DNA from: Polyangiales bacterium
Lineage (GTDB): Bacteria > Myxococcota_A > Polyangia > Polyangiales > JADJQN01
Assembly: GCA_964202905.1 (NCBI GenBank)
Contig: CAXNJO010000007.1
Span: 1-64,000, forward strand
DNA length: 64,000 bases
Direction of reading: 5' to 3'
A program made the translations under genes and the position numbers. Positions within the stretch are counted from its first letter, which is position 1; every line of letters starts with the position of its first letter. This document shows, piece after piece, positions 22,245 to 33,205 of the stretch. The notes beneath the pieces were generated by a model. The model saw only the letters and a list, made by a program, of their open reading frames with translations, made no database searches and was not told the DNA's origin.

Positions 22245-24826
22245 ACAAGGTGCGCGTGTACGAGGTCGCTCGCGAGCTCGGGCTCGAGAATGCGGAGCTC
22301 GTCAAGAAGATGGCGACCCTCGGCATCCAGGTCCGGAACCACATGAGCTCGCTCGACGAGAGTGACGTCGAGCGGCTCAAGCGCTCCATCGAGAAGGAAA
22401 AGGCGGGCGCGGTCGTGAAAGAGCGCCTCAACGCGACGGTCATCCGCCGCCGCACGGTGGCCGCACCGACGCCTCCTCCAGCGCCGGCCCCAGCGCCTGC
22501 GCCGGTCGTCCTGCGGCCGCCGCCGCGCGTCGAGGCGCCGCCCGAGCCGATGTTGCCACCGCCGCCGCCCGTCGAGGTCGCGCTCGTCGTCGCGAAGGCC
22601 GAGCCGCCCGCGCGCCCTGAGCCCGCACCGTCGCGCCCGGAGACGAGCGCGGAGCCCGTGGCGCCCGCCCCAGCGCCTGCGCCCGCCCCCGAGCCGGAGC
22701 CGGCCGCTGCCGAACCTCCGCCGCCCATCCGCCGCTCGTCGCCTCCCTCCTTCGCGGAGCGCCTCGGTCACGCCAACCTCCCGCCGGGCGTGCTCGCGCG
22801 GGGCAACAGCGTCGCGCCCGCGTCGGGTCTCTCGCGCGAGGCCGCGCAGCGCATCGCCGCGCAGCACGCCCCCCGTGGCGTCCCCGGTCAGGGCGGTACG
22901 CCCCAGCGTCGTGTCGAGATCACGCGCGGCGCGCTCGGTCCGACGGGTCGCCAGCCGCCCGCCGGTCGCGCAGGCGCCATCGGTCGCCCCGGCAAGAAAC
23001 TCCCGCCCGGCAAGAAGGGCGCAAAGCCCGAGATCACGGTCCCGAGCGCGCAGAAACGCGTCATCCGGATCGAGGAGTCGATCGGGCTGCAGATGCTCGC
23101 GAGCCGCATGTCGCTGAAGGCGACCGAAGTGCTCATGAAGCTGATTCAGCTCGGCATGACGGGCGTGAACATCAACAGCACGCTCGACGCCGACACCGCG
23201 AAGATCCTCGCGAACGAGTTCGGTTACGAGGTCGAGAACGTCGCGAAGAGCGAGGACGAGGTCATCGGCGAGGCCCGCGGAACCTTCGAGGACCGCGAGA
23301 AGGACCGCAAACTCCGTCCGCCCGTCGTCACCGTCATGGGTCACGTCGACCACGGCAAGACCTCGCTGCTCGATCGCATCCGCAGCGCGAACGTCGTCAG
23401 CGGCGAGGCCGGCGGTATCACGCAGCACATCGGCGCCTACCGCGTCGACACCCCGAAGGGCATCGTCGTCTTCCTCGACACGCCGGGCCACGAGGCGTTC
23501 ACGGCCATGCGCGCGCGCGGTGGTCAGGCGGCCGACGTCGTGATCCTCGTCGTCGCGGCCGACGACGGCGTGATGCCCCAGACGAAGGAAGCCATCAACC
23601 ACGCGCGAGCGGCAAAAGTGCCGATCGTCGTCGCGGTGAACAAGGTCGACAAGCCCGAGGCGCGGCCCGAGGCGGTGCGTCGCGAGCTCGCGAACGAGGG
23701 CCTGCAGCCCGAGGAGTGGGGCGGCGACACGATGTTCCTCGACGTCTCCGCGAAGGCGGGCACGGGCGTCGACCAGCTGCTCGCGAGCGTCGCGCTTCAG
23801 GCCGAGGTCCTCGAACTCAGCGCGAACCCGAAGATCCCCGCGGAGGGTCTCGTGCTCGAGGCGTACCTCGACAAGGGGCGCGGTCCCGTCGCGAACGTGC
23901 TCGTGCGCAACGGCACGCTGCACACGGGCGACATCGTCATCGCTGGCGCGGCCTGGGGCAAGGTCCGCGCGATGACCGACGACCGCGGCAAGCCGACGAC
24001 CGCGGCGGGGCCGTCGACGCCGGTCGAGGTGCTCGGCCTCTCCGAGGTGCCGGCCGCCGGCGACTCGCTCTACGTCGTCACCGACCAGAAGAAGGCGCAG
24101 GAGATCGCCGACAGCCGCGCCCGCACCAAGGCGGCGGGTCGCAGCATCAGCCCGAGCTCGCAGGCGAAGATCGGTCTCGACCAGATCTACGCGCGGATGC
24201 AGGCGGGCGAAGTGCAGGAGATGCGCCTCGTCATCAAGGGCGACGTCAGCGGCTCGGTCGAGGCCGTCGTCAAGGCGCTCACCGACCTCAGCACCGACAA
24301 GGTGAAGGTCGTCGTCATCCACACGGGCGTCGGTGGCATCACCGAGAACGACGTCATGCTCGCGAGCGCGTCGAACGCCATCATCATCGGCTTCAACGTG
24401 CGCCCCGCCGGGGCCGCGGCCGCGACGGCGAAGAGCGAGGGCGTCGACGTCCGGCTCTACAACATCATCTACGAGGCCGTCGACGAGGTGAAGAAGGCCA
24501 TGACCGGCCTGCTCGCCCCGACGTACATCGAGAAGCCGCTGGGGCGCGCCGAGATCCGGCAGGTCTTCACCATCCCCAAGGCGGGCACGGTCGCGGGTAC
24601 GTTCGTCCTCGACGGCAAGCTCACGCGCGGCGCGAAGGTTCGCCTCGTGCGCGACTCGGTGCAGGTCTGGGAAGGCAAGATCGGCTCGCTGCGCCGCTTC
24701 AAGGACGACGTCCGCGAGGTCGCAGCCGGCTTCGAGTGCGGCGTCACGCTCGATGGCTACAACGACGTGAAGGAGCGAGACATCCTCGAGGCCTTCGAGC
24801 TGGAGGCCGTCGCCGGCGTGCTCTGA
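22241..24826 (+). CDS. infB: Translation initiation factor IF-2
   Basis: [33 protein letters not shown] and [12 protein letters not shown]. Confidence 0.99.
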   Translation: MNKVRVYEVARELGLENAELVKKMATLGIQVRNHMSSLDESDVERLKRSIEKEKAGAVVKERLNATVIRRRTVAAPTPPPAPAPAPAPVVLRPPPRVEAPPEPMLPPPPPVEVALVVAKAEPPARPEPAPSRPETSAEPVAPAPAPAPAPEPEPAAAEPPPPIRRSSPPSFAERLGHANLPPGVLARGNSVAPASGLSREAAQRIAAQHAPRGVPGQGGTPQRRVEITRGALGPTGRQPPAGRAGAIGRPGKKLPPGKKGAKPEITVPSAQKRVIRIEESIGLQMLASRMSLKATEVLMKLIQLGMTGVNINSTLDADTAKILANEFGYEVENVAKSEDEVIGEARGTFEDREKDRKLRPPVVTVMGHVDHGKTSLLDRIRSANVVSGEAGGITQHIGAYRVDTPKGIVVFLDTPGHEAFTAMRARGGQAADVVILVVAADDGVMPQTKEAINHARAAKVPIVVAVNKVDKPEARPEAVRRELANEGLQPEEWGGDTMFLDVSAKAGTGVDQLLASVALQAEVLELSANPKIPAEGLVLEAYLDKGRGPVANVLVRNGTLHTGDIVIAGAAWGKVRAMTDDRGKPTTAAGPSTPVEVLGLSEVPAAGDSLYVVTDQKKAQEIADSRARTKAAGRSISPSSQAKIGLDQIYARMQAGEVQEMRLVIKGDVSGSVEAVVKALTDLSTDKVKVVVIHTGVGGITENDVMLASASNAIIIGFNVRPAGAAAATAKSEGVDVRLYNIIYEAVDEVKKAMTGLLAPTYIEKPLGRAEIRQVFTIPKAGTVAGTFVLDGKLTRGAKVRLVRDSVQVWEGKIGSLRRFKDDVREVAAGFECGVTLDGYNDVKERDILEAFELEAVAGVL

Positions 24827-24861
24827 GAGGCACGTCGGTTCCCTCCTGAGGGGAGCGCCGC

Positions 24862-25287
24862 ATGGTCGTCGGGGTCCTGAGGATCGTGCTGGCGTTGCCC
24901 TGGAACGACTCGCTCAAGGGGAAGCGCTCGGTGGTGCGTCGCATCGTCGAGCGCGCGCGGGCGCGTTTTCAGGTCGCGGCCGCGGAGGTCGAGGACCTCG
25001 ACGCGCACCGGCGCGCGGTGCTCGGTTTCGCGGTGGTCTCGAACGACCGTCGGCATGCGACCTCGGTGCTCGACCAACTCACCACCTTCGTCGCGACGGC
25101 GACTGAGGCGGAGGTCGTGGACCGGCGGATGGAGATCGAATCCTACGGCCCCGGTGCGCTCGGCGACTCCGAGCCGCGGCGTCGCGGCCCCGGTGTGCGG
25201 CGAGCGGCCGCGCGCGGGGAGGACGTGGCGCCGGGTGGCGGCGCGGAGTCCGCGGGCGAAGACTCGGAGAACGACGATGGCGACTGA
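24862..25287 (+). CDS. DUF503 (YlxP) family protein
   Basis: SLKGKRSVV motif; lies between infB and rbfA. Confidence 0.9.
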   Translation: MVVGVLRIVLALPWNDSLKGKRSVVRRIVERARARFQVAAAEVEDLDAHRRAVLGFAVVSNDRRHATSVLDQLTTFVATATEAEVVDRRMEIESYGPGALGDSEPRRRGPGVRRAAARGEDVAPGGGAESAGEDSENDDGD

Positions 25288-25702
25288 CGACAAGAAGCGC
25301 CCAGCGCGCGTGGCCGAGCGGATCCGCGAGGAACTCGAGGCGCTTCTGCTGCGCGGTGCGGTGCACGATCCGGGCGTGCAGGGCGCGACGGTCTCCGGCG
25401 TGACCGTCTCTCCCGATCTCAGCGTCGCGGATGTGCGGGTGCGCGTGTACAACCGCGAGGCGGACGAGCCGCAGCGGAAGCGCGTCGTGCGCGCTTTCGG
25501 GCGTGCCAAGGGGCTGCTGCGTCGCGAACTCGCCGCGCGCCTCTCGATGCGGCATACGCCCGACCTCCGCTTCCACTGGGACACGGGCGTCGACCACGCG
25601 CTCCGCATCGAGACCCTGCTCGAAGAGATCCGTCGCGACGAGGCGCCGACGCCGCCATCGGCCGAGCCCCGTCCGCGTGCTGGGAAGCGGACCCGCTCGT
25701 GA
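25277..25702 (+). CDS. rbfA: Ribosome-binding factor A
   Basis: RVAERIREEL, VSPDLSVA and MRHTPDLRFHWD. Confidence 0.95.
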   Translation: MATDDKKRPARVAERIREELEALLLRGAVHDPGVQGATVSGVTVSPDLSVADVRVRVYNREADEPQRKRVVRAFGRAKGLLRRELAARLSMRHTPDLRFHWDTGVDHALRIETLLEEIRRDEAPTPPSAEPRPRAGKRTRS

Positions 25703-26679
25703 CGCGGGCACGCGCGGTCTCGCTGGTCGAGGAGGGGCGCCGCTTTCTCCTGACCTGTCACCTCCGTCCGGACGGCGACGCGCTCGGCTCGATGCTGGGC
25801 CTCGCCGCGGTGCTCCGCGCACTCGGCAAGGAGGTTGTCATGTTCAACGTCGATCCGGTGCCGGAGTACCTGCGCTTCCTGCCCCGCGCCGACGAGGTCC
25901 TCCGCGCTGCGCCGCTCGGTGAACCCTTCGACGCGACCTTCGTCACCGACACGGCCTCGCGGGCGCTCCTGCCCGCGGAGTTGCCGCCTGCCGAGGTCAC
26001 GGGGCCCTGGGTCGTCGTCGACCACCACGCGGCGCACGACGGCTTCGGCGACGTGGTCGTCCGGGAGACGGATGCGGTCGCGACGGGCGAGGTGGTGCTT
26101 CGCCTGATGGCGGACCTCGGCGTCGAGCGCGTGCCGCCCGACGCGGCCGTCCCGCTCTACACGGCGATCGTCACGGACACGGGCGGTTTTCGGTATCAGG
26201 GCACCACCCCGACGACCATGCGGCTCGCGGCCGACTTGATGGAGGCCGGCGCCGATCCGTGGACCGTCGCGTACAACGTGTTCGAGGGCTGGGCGCCCGC
26301 CCGCATGAAGCTGCTCGGCGCGGTGCTCGAGACGCTCGATACCTCGCACGCTGGTCGCGTCGCGGTGCTCACGGTCACGCGCGCGACGATGGCGCGCACG
26401 GGCGCCGACGACGACATGGTCGAGGGGCTCGTCAACTACGCGCGCATGCTCGCGGGCGTGGAGGTCGCCGCGCTCGTGTGGGAGTGGCGTCTGACCGAGG
26501 ACGGCGTGGCGAGCACCAAGGTGAGCTTGCGATCCCGCGGAAACGTCGACGTCTCACGCGTCGCGGTCGCGCTCGGCGGGGGCGGGCACCGCTCGGCGGC
26601 GGGCGCGACCGTGCGCGGCGCGATCGAAGATGTGCGCGCGCGCGTGGTCGCCGAGGCGATTCGGCACATCGACGCGTGA
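25699..26679 (+). CDS. nrnA: DHH/DHHA1 oligoribonuclease/pAp phosphatase
   Basis: HLRPDGDALGS, DHH, TDTGGF, SLRS and GGGGH. Confidence 0.92.
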   Translation: MTRARAVSLVEEGRRFLLTCHLRPDGDALGSMLGLAAVLRALGKEVVMFNVDPVPEYLRFLPRADEVLRAAPLGEPFDATFVTDTASRALLPAELPPAEVTGPWVVVDHHAAHDGFGDVVVRETDAVATGEVVLRLMADLGVERVPPDAAVPLYTAIVTDTGGFRYQGTTPTTMRLAADLMEAGADPWTVAYNVFEGWAPARMKLLGAVLETLDTSHAGRVAVLTVTRATMARTGADDDMVEGLVNYARMLAGVEVAALVWEWRLTEDGVASTKVSLRSRGNVDVSRVAVALGGGGHRSAAGATVRGAIEDVRARVVAEAIRHIDA

Positions 26680-27671
26680 CGCGCGAGCCCGACCTTGCGC
26701 CGCACGGCGTGCTCGTGGTGGACAAGCCCCGCGGCCCGACGTCGCACGACGTGGTCGCGCGGGTGCGGCGGTCCCTCGGCACGCGCGCCGTGGGACATGC
26801 CGGGACGCTCGACCCGATGGCGACGGGCGTGCTCGTCGTGCTTGTGGGCGAGGCCGCGAAGCTCTCGGCGTATCTGACGGCCGACGACAAGCGCTACGAC
26901 GCCACCGTGCGGCTCGGTGCCGAGACGCACACCCTCGACGCCGAGGGCGAGGTCACCGCGGTCGCGCCCGTCCCGGCGCTCACGCGCGGCGACGTCGAGG
27001 CCGCGCTCGCAGCCTTCCACGGGGAGCACGATCAGCAGGCGCCGGTCGTGAGCGCCATCAAGCGCGATGGTGTCGCGCTCCACGCGCGGGCACGGCGCGG
27101 TGAGCACGTGGAGGCGCCGGTCCGCCGTGTCGTGCTGCGCGAGGCGTCGCTGGTCGGGCTCGCCGAGGTGCCGTGCGCGCAGGGCGACGTGACTGCACTC
27201 GATTTGCAACTGCAACTGCATGTCGGGAAGGGGTTCTACGTGCGATCGCTCGCGCGCGATCTCGCGCGGGCGCTCGGCACCGTGGGACACCTCGTCGCGC
27301 TGCGGCGCACGGCGAGCGGCGCGTTCCGCGTCGGACCGGAGGCCGTGACGCCGACCGTCGACGGCGCGCTGCTCGAGGCGGCGGCGCGTGGGGACGTCGC
27401 CGCGCGGGAAGCGGTGCGCGCGGCGCTCGTGCCGCTCGCGCGGGCCTGCGACGCGCTGCCCGGCGTCGCCCTCACCGAGGCGGGGGTGCGCGCGGCGCGC
27501 ACCGGGAAGCCGCTCGACGCGGCGGCGTTCGCGTCCGGCCTGCTCCCGGAGGGGGGCGAGGACGGGGGCGTGCTCGTCGCGCGTGGCCCCGACGGCGCCC
27601 CGGTCGCGCTCGTGCGGCGGTCGGACGCGGAGACGTTCTGCGTCGCGCGGGGCTTCGTCGCGGCGCCGTGA
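26676..27671 (+). CDS. truB: tRNA pseudouridine(55) synthase
   Basis: DKPRGPTSHDVV, GHAGTLDPMATG and KGFYVRSLARD. Confidence 0.97.
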   Translation: MTREPDLAPHGVLVVDKPRGPTSHDVVARVRRSLGTRAVGHAGTLDPMATGVLVVLVGEAAKLSAYLTADDKRYDATVRLGAETHTLDAEGEVTAVAPVPALTRGDVEAALAAFHGEHDQQAPVVSAIKRDGVALHARARRGEHVEAPVRRVVLREASLVGLAEVPCAQGDVTALDLQLQLHVGKGFYVRSLARDLARALGTVGHLVALRRTASGAFRVGPEAVTPTVDGALLEAAARGDVAAREAVRAALVPLARACDALPGVALTEAGVRAARTGKPLDAAAFASGLLPEGGEDGGVLVARGPDGAPVALVRRSDAETFCVARGFVAAP

Positions 27672-27712
27672 GCGCGGGGGACGCGCGGACGCGGGCTGCT
27701 ATCGTGCCGGCG

Positions 27713-28468
27713 ATGCGCCGCGCGTTTTGCCTCGTCTTCGCTGCCCTGCTCGTCGCGTCGTGCGGGGATGACGCCGGATCCCCCGACGCCTTCGTCGACC
27801 TCGGCGCCGACCTCGGACGCGACGGCGGGGCGCGCGATCTCGGCCCGACCTGCGCGCGCACCTGCGCGCCCGGGGAAGGGTGCTGCGCGCTCGCGGACGG
27901 TGGCGTCGACTGCGTGAACCTCTCGAACGACGCCGAGAATTGTGGGCTCTGCGGCATCCGCTGCGCCGCGGACGGCCTCGGCACGCGCTGCTTCGCGGGG
28001 CGTTGTCAGTGCGGCGACGGCGTAGACGGCTGCAACGGCTCGCGCGGCTCGACCTGCTGCCCCACGCGCCCGGGCGTCGCGCGTCCTTATTGCGCGAACT
28101 TCGACCGCGACCTCAACGACTGCGACGGCTGCGGGCTCGCGTGCGACCCGCGCAGCACCGATCGCTGCAGCGCGGGTTCGTGTTTCTGCGGAAGTCGCGC
28201 GGTGGCGTGCGCGGGCACGGCCGAGGACCTCTGCTGCGCGGACGACTTCGGCGAGGGCGCGTGCGTCGATACACGCACGAGCGTCGTGCATTGCGGCGGA
28301 TGCGGCGTCGCGTGCGCGCTCGGCGAGGCGTGCGTCGCGGGCGTATGTACGCGCGGCGCAGCGTGCGGCGGTGGCTGCGCGGGGCCGGATCCCTTCTGCT
28401 GCGAGGGCGTCTGCTGCGCGCGCGACCTCTGCCTGCGCGGCTTCTGCCCGCCGGACGCGGGGCCGTAG
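27713..28468 (+). CDS. Cysteine-rich repeat lipoprotein (myxobacterial Stig1-like repeats)
   Basis: Lipobox VASC; repeats of D..NCG.CG..C. Confidence 0.85.
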   Translation: MRRAFCLVFAALLVASCGDDAGSPDAFVDLGADLGRDGGARDLGPTCARTCAPGEGCCALADGGVDCVNLSNDAENCGLCGIRCAADGLGTRCFAGRCQCGDGVDGCNGSRGSTCCPTRPGVARPYCANFDRDLNDCDGCGLACDPRSTDRCSAGSCFCGSRAVACAGTAEDLCCADDFGEGACVDTRTSVVHCGGCGVACALGEACVAGVCTRGAACGGGCAGPDPFCCEGVCCARDLCLRGFCPPDAGP

Positions 28469-28537
28469 CGCACGCGCCTCGATCGCCCCGTTTCGTCGGT
28501 CCTTCGCGAGATCCGCGGCGTCGTGCGGGCGGCTGGA

Positions 28538-31500
28538 TCAGCGCGCGTCGTTGGCCGCCGCGACCTCGGCGAGGCCGGGAACGAGCAGCAGGTGGTCGAG
28601 GCGCAGCGAGACGCCCGGTGCCGTCGCGCGCAGCGTCGCGGTGCTCGTCGCGCGGAGCGTCGCCATCGTCGCGGCGTCGAGGGACACGCGCTGCTCGGAC
28701 CACTGCGGCCCGACGCGCAGCGTCGCCACGGTCGCGCCGCCGAGCGCCACCGCGACGTCCACGGGCTCGGCACCGCCGCTCCGCTTCGCCGAGAGCACGA
28801 GCACCGCGCCGCCCGGCCCGCGCACCGCCGGCGGCACGCGGACGCGCACGCTCGCGCCCGTCGCCGCGGCCTCGCACGTCGTGCGATTCAGGTAATCCCA
28901 GTCGTGGTTCGGCGAGAAGGCCTCGCAGCGGGTGAGGCCTGTCGCGCCGGGCAGCGCCGCGACGAAGTCCGTGCCGCCGATCTGTCCGCGCTCGAGCGCG
29001 CCGAGCCGCACGAGCGACTCGAGCGTGAAGGTCAACTCCGGCTCGCTCGCGGCGAGGTCGACCAGGCGCGGCGCGGCGCGCGTGTCGCCGAGCAGCCCGA
29101 GCCCGCGCACGACGTTGTCGCGGATGTTCGAGCGGTGCTCCCACGAGAGCATGTCGGAGAGGGCGCCGTAGACGCGCCGATCGCCAATCTGCCCGAGCGC
29201 GACGGCCACGAGGTAGCGCGTCGCGAACTCGGGGATGAGCGCGAGCAGGGGCTCGACGGCGCGCGGATCGCGGAGGCGCCCGAGCCAGCGCACGGCCTCT
29301 TCGCGGTCGTAGGCGGTCTCGGCGAGCCAGAGCGCTTCGATGAGGGCGGGCACCGCGAGGCGATCGCGGAGGCGCCCGAGCGAGACCGCCGCGCGCGTGC
29401 GCAGACCTGGATCTTCGGAGAACACGAGGGCGCGCAGCGGCTCGTGCGCGCGCCGGTCGTACATGCGCCCGAGCGCGATGGCGGCCTCGGCGGCGACGAG
29501 GGCGTTCGGTTCGCGCAGCGCCCGGAAGAGCCGATCGCCCGCGCGCCCGTCGGCGAGGCGGCCCAGCATCCGCGCGGCCTCGCGGCGCATCGCGACCTCG
29601 GCGTCTCGATCGAGGACGAGCTCCGCGAGCGCGTCGACCGCGCGCCGATCGCCGAGCCGGCCGCGATCGAGCGCGACGCGGCGTGGGTCGGGGGCGGCCG
29701 TCGCGCCCGGCGCCGACGTGAGCGCGTCGAGCCAGCCGTAGACCTCCTCCTGCATGCGCGCGAGCTCGACGGGGTGGCGCCCCGCGAGGTTCTCGCGCTC
29801 GTGGGGATCGCGCGCGAGGTCGTAGAGTTCGAAGTTGCCGAAGCGCAGATCCGCGACGAGCTTGAGCGGCCAACTCACGGCCATGCGCTTGCTGATGACG
29901 GCCGCGAAGGCCGGTCCGACCTCGGGCACGCGCCCCGTGGCGAGCGCCCGCAGATCGCGCCCGCGGAAGCTCGCCGGCGCGTCGACCGCGGCGAGCCCGA
30001 GCAGCGTCGGCGCGATGTCGATCGTCTGCACGGGGGCGCTGACGCGGCGCGGCGCGAGGCCCGGCGCACGTACGATCAGCGGCACGCGGATCTGCTCTTC
30101 GTAGAGCGTCGAGCCGTGGTAAACGCCGCCGTGATCGCGGAACTCTTCGCCGTGATCCGCGCTCACGACCACGATGATCGGGGCTGCGAGCCGGCGCTCC
30201 ATCGCGTCGACGAGCCGCCCGATCGCGGCGTCGGCCTTGCGCAACTCGCCGTCGTAGCGGTCGACGTCGCTCGTGCCGAAGTGCGTGTCCTCGTAGGGCT
30301 CGTGGACGTCGAAGTAGTGCGCCCAGAAGAACGTGGGGCGCTCCTGCTCGCGCGTGACGCGATCGACCTCCTCGAGCACGCGATCGGTGGTGGCCTCGGC
30401 CTCGCGATCGGTGTGGTCGTGCAGCGCGAAGCCGAAGGCGTCGTTGCGGTAGGGGCGCAGGCGCTCGCCCTCGGTGTGGAAGATGCCGACCGTGAAGAAC
30501 GCGGCCGTGCGGTAGCCCGCGGCCTCGAGCGCGCGCGGGAGCGTGGCCGTCGGCAGCGGCTGCCCGAGGTCGAGCGTCTCGTGGAGATACTCGCTCGTCA
30601 TGAGCGAGCAGAGCGAGTAGCTCGAGTGCGGGGCCGCCGCGTACGCGCGCTCGAAGACCACGCCCTCGCGCGCGAGCGCGTCGAGGCGCGGTGAGGTCGG
30701 GCGTGGGTAGCCCCAGGCGCCGAGGTGATCGGGGCGCAGCGCGTCGATCGTCACGAGCAACACGTGCGCGCCGGGGGCCTCGGGCAGGCCGCTCAGCGCA
30801 GCGAGCTCCCCGCGTCGATCACGCGCGCGCCGGCCGCGCAGGCGGGGGGCGGGTGGCGCGAGACGCGCGAACAAGGGCGCGAGGCCTTGCATGACGGAGC
30901 GCGCGGTCGCGGCCCGCGGATCGAAGAGCGCGACGCGTACGTTCTGGTTGCGGTCGAGCGTCGTGAGCTGCCACGCGAACGTGGCGGCGAGCGCGGCCGC
31001 GAGGAGCGCGGAGCGCGCGGGCGTCGTGAGCGCGCGGAGCCGCGGCGCGCCTGCGGCCGCGAGCGCGACGAAGCCGAGGCACGCGACGAACACGAGCACG
31101 CCGAGCGCCGCGTGCAGGTATCCGTAGAGGTTTGGCAGGATGCGCTGGTCGGCCTTCGAGAGGACCCACGCGACCGCGTACGCGCCGGCGAGCGCAGCGA
31201 GACGCAGGCGTCCCTCGAAGCGCAGTGTGCGGATGAACGCGGCGCGCCCCACGCGCGTCGCGAGCCACGAGCCCGCGATCAGCGCGATGATGGCGATCGC
31301 CTCGAGCAGCCCGCGCGCGGGCAGCCGCGACATCTTGCCGCCCGTGAAGAGCAGGTGCCCGACGACGGCGAGCGGCCCCGCGGCGAGCGCGACGAAGGGC
31401 AGTGGCCAGAGCCGCGCCGCCCAGCGCGCGGTGCGCGCGTCGTCGCCTGCGCCGGGGCGCCGCGCGAGGCGCTGCGCGAGCGGGCCGGCCAGGGCCCCGA

Positions 31501-31705
31501 CGCCGCCGAGCGCCGCGCCCGCGAGCGCACCGAGGGGGACGAGCGTCGCGAGCAGGCGCCCGAGGAGCGCGAGGCGGTCGCCCCAGAGCGGCAGCCACAG
31601 CCACAGCGCGCCGTATTCGAGCAGGCCCGCGAGCAGGCCCGCGGCGGCGCCGATCCAGCAGCCCGTCCGCATGCGGTCGAGCGCGCCTGCGTGCGGGGGT
31701 CCCAT
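28538..31705 (-). CDS. Membrane-anchored sulfatase-like (alkaline phosphatase superfamily) protein with HEAT repeats
   Basis: About 7 N-terminal TM helices; VTIDALRPDH, HYFDVHEPY, ADHGE and ELYDL..DPHE; A..LGRL.D.RA HEAT repeats. Confidence 0.9.
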   Translation of the reverse strand: MGPPHAGALDRMRTGCWIGAAAGLLAGLLEYGALWLWLPLWGDRLALLGRLLATLVPLGALAGAALGGVGALAGPLAQRLARRPGAGDDARTARWAARLWPLPFVALAAGPLAVVGHLLFTGGKMSRLPARGLLEAIAIIALIAGSWLATRVGRAAFIRTLRFEGRLRLAALAGAYAVAWVLSKADQRILPNLYGYLHAALGVLVFVACLGFVALAAAGAPRLRALTTPARSALLAAALAATFAWQLTTLDRNQNVRVALFDPRAATARSVMQGLAPLFARLAPPAPRLRGRRARDRRGELAALSGLPEAPGAHVLLVTIDALRPDHLGAWGYPRPTSPRLDALAREGVVFERAYAAAPHSSYSLCSLMTSEYLHETLDLGQPLPTATLPRALEAAGYRTAAFFTVGIFHTEGERLRPYRNDAFGFALHDHTDREAEATTDRVLEEVDRVTREQERPTFFWAHYFDVHEPYEDTHFGTSDVDRYDGELRKADAAIGRLVDAMERRLAAPIIVVVSADHGEEFRDHGGVYHGSTLYEEQIRVPLIVRAPGLAPRRVSAPVQTIDIAPTLLGLAAVDAPASFRGRDLRALATGRVPEVGPAFAAVISKRMAVSWPLKLVADLRFGNFELYDLARDPHERENLAGRHPVELARMQEEVYGWLDALTSAPGATAAPDPRRVALDRGRLGDRRAVDALAELVLDRDAEVAMRREAARMLGRLADGRAGDRLFRALREPNALVAAEAAIALGRMYDRRAHEPLRALVFSEDPGLRTRAAVSLGRLRDRLAVPALIEALWLAETAYDREEAVRWLGRLRDPRAVEPLLALIPEFATRYLVAVALGQIGDRRVYGALSDMLSWEHRSNIRDNVVRGLGLLGDTRAAPRLVDLAASEPELTFTLESLVRLGALERGQIGGTDFVAALPGATGLTRCEAFSPNHDWDYLNRTTCEAAATGASVRVRVPPAVRGPGGAVLVLSAKRSGGAEPVDVAVALGGATVATLRVGPQWSEQRVSLDAATMATLRATSTATLRATAPGVSLRLDHLLLVPGLAEVAAANDAR

Positions 31706-31794
31706 GGCTCGCGTGGAACCCGACTATACGGGCGCGCCCGCCGCGCGTCCACGCTCGCGGACACCCGCCGCTGAACCGTCATTCAGCGCCGGAC

Positions 31795-32900
31795 TCAGCA
31801 GCGCACGAGCGCGACCTCGTAGTCGATGTCGCCGGCCGACGTGCCGCGGATGGTCACGCGGTAGCGCTCGTCGGGAGCGGGCGTCCAGCCGCTCGGGGTG
31901 AAGGACACGGTGTCGGGGCCGTAGCCGTCCGGCGGATGATCGACCGTGACGGCGAGCTCGGCGCCGTCCGAGACGCGCACGACGCGCACCGTCGCACCCG
32001 CGACGCCGAGCGACTCCGAGTGGAAGGACCACGCCGCGCGCGCGTTCTGGACGGGTGCGAAGCCCTCGTTCGGATAGGCCGTCCATGCGCGCGTGCTCGA
32101 ACCGCTGCGATCGAAGACGCCGAGACAGCTCGCGCCGCGCCCGCCTGCGGAGAAGCCCACGCCCACGCGCCCGAGCGGCCCGTGCACGATCCAGCGACGA
32201 TGACCGAGGCTCGGCACGCCGCGGTCATCCATGAAGAGATCGATGCCCTCGGCGCCGCTCGCGACGCCGAGGAGCCGCTGCTCGAGCCCGCACCGGCCGC
32301 GCCGTCGGCCGTGTAACAGGCCCACGACGTCGGCGGGGAGTGATCGAGGGAGCTGTTCACGCTCATCATGTGCGCGCACTGCTGATCGCGCGCGCGCTGC
32401 GCCGCATCCTCGACGACCGGCCCGAGCCCCGAGAGCCAGCGATAGAGGTTCACGCGGCGCACCGTGTCGTCGACGGCGTCGGCGGGGACGGTGCCGGGAT
32501 CGCACATCGAGGCGCCGCGCGTCCACGGGCTCGCCGCGCGGTCGACGGAGTCGCTGTTCCAGCGCATGCACATGGCGTCGCGCGTGCGCGTCGCGGGCTC
32601 GCCCGGCGCCGCAGCGACGCATGCGCTCCCCGAGTCGACGAAGCCCGGCGCGCACGCGCACGCGCGCGTGGCCGCGTCGCAGCGCGCGCCCGCGCCACAC
32701 GTCACGCCCGCGCACGGACCCGCGGGGCCCGCATCCGTTCGCCCCGCGTCTGCGCCGAGGTCGAGCATCACGACGGGCCCCCCGCCGCCCGTCCCCGGCT
32801 CCGAATACACCTCACCGACGCAGCCTGCGCCCATCGCTACGAGCGCTGCGGAGAGCGCGAGCGTGGTGGACGTGTGACGACCCTCGCAGCGGTACGGCAT
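31795..32900 (-). CDS. CAP/SCP-domain lipoprotein; one frameshift near 32275
   Basis: Lipobox GAGC, EGF-like Cys segment, VNLYRWLSGL and LDHSP; SLGHRRWI continues in the next frame. Confidence 0.8.
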
Positions 32901-32923
32901 GCGCACGAGGGTAACAGAAGGGG

Positions 32924-32995
32924 AGGCGCCGACCGGATTCGAACCGGTGTATGACGGTTTTGCAAACCGTTGCCTGACCACTTGGCTACGGCGCC
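32924..32995 (-). tRNA. tRNA-Cys(GCA); CCA not encoded
   Basis: Minus strand GGCGCCGTAGCCAAGTGGTCAGGCAACGGTTTGCAAAACCGTCATACACCGGTTCGAATCCGGTCGGCGCCT: 7-bp acceptor stem, GCA anticodon, GTTCGAATC T-arm, U discriminator followed by CCC. Confidence 0.97.
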
Positions 32996-33205
32996 GGAGG
33001 AGCGTGCGGACGCCAGCGCAAGCGCGAGCGAGCCGACCGTGTAGCGCGGCGCCGCGCGCTTGTCGAGATCCGATCGACGGGCGGCTGCGCAGCGGGGGAG
33101 GGCCGGGGGCGGACGCGAGGGGGCCGGGACCGCGGCGCCACGGATGTCAGGCGCGTCGCCGCACGGCTTTGAATCGCGCGGGGTTTCGGGTCAACATCGG
33201 CCGCC

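Noticed and set aside
32924..32995. tRNA-Cys as an integration site for an island or prophage
   Set aside because: No integrase, no duplicated tRNA 3' end noticed, and no compositional shift in the flanks.
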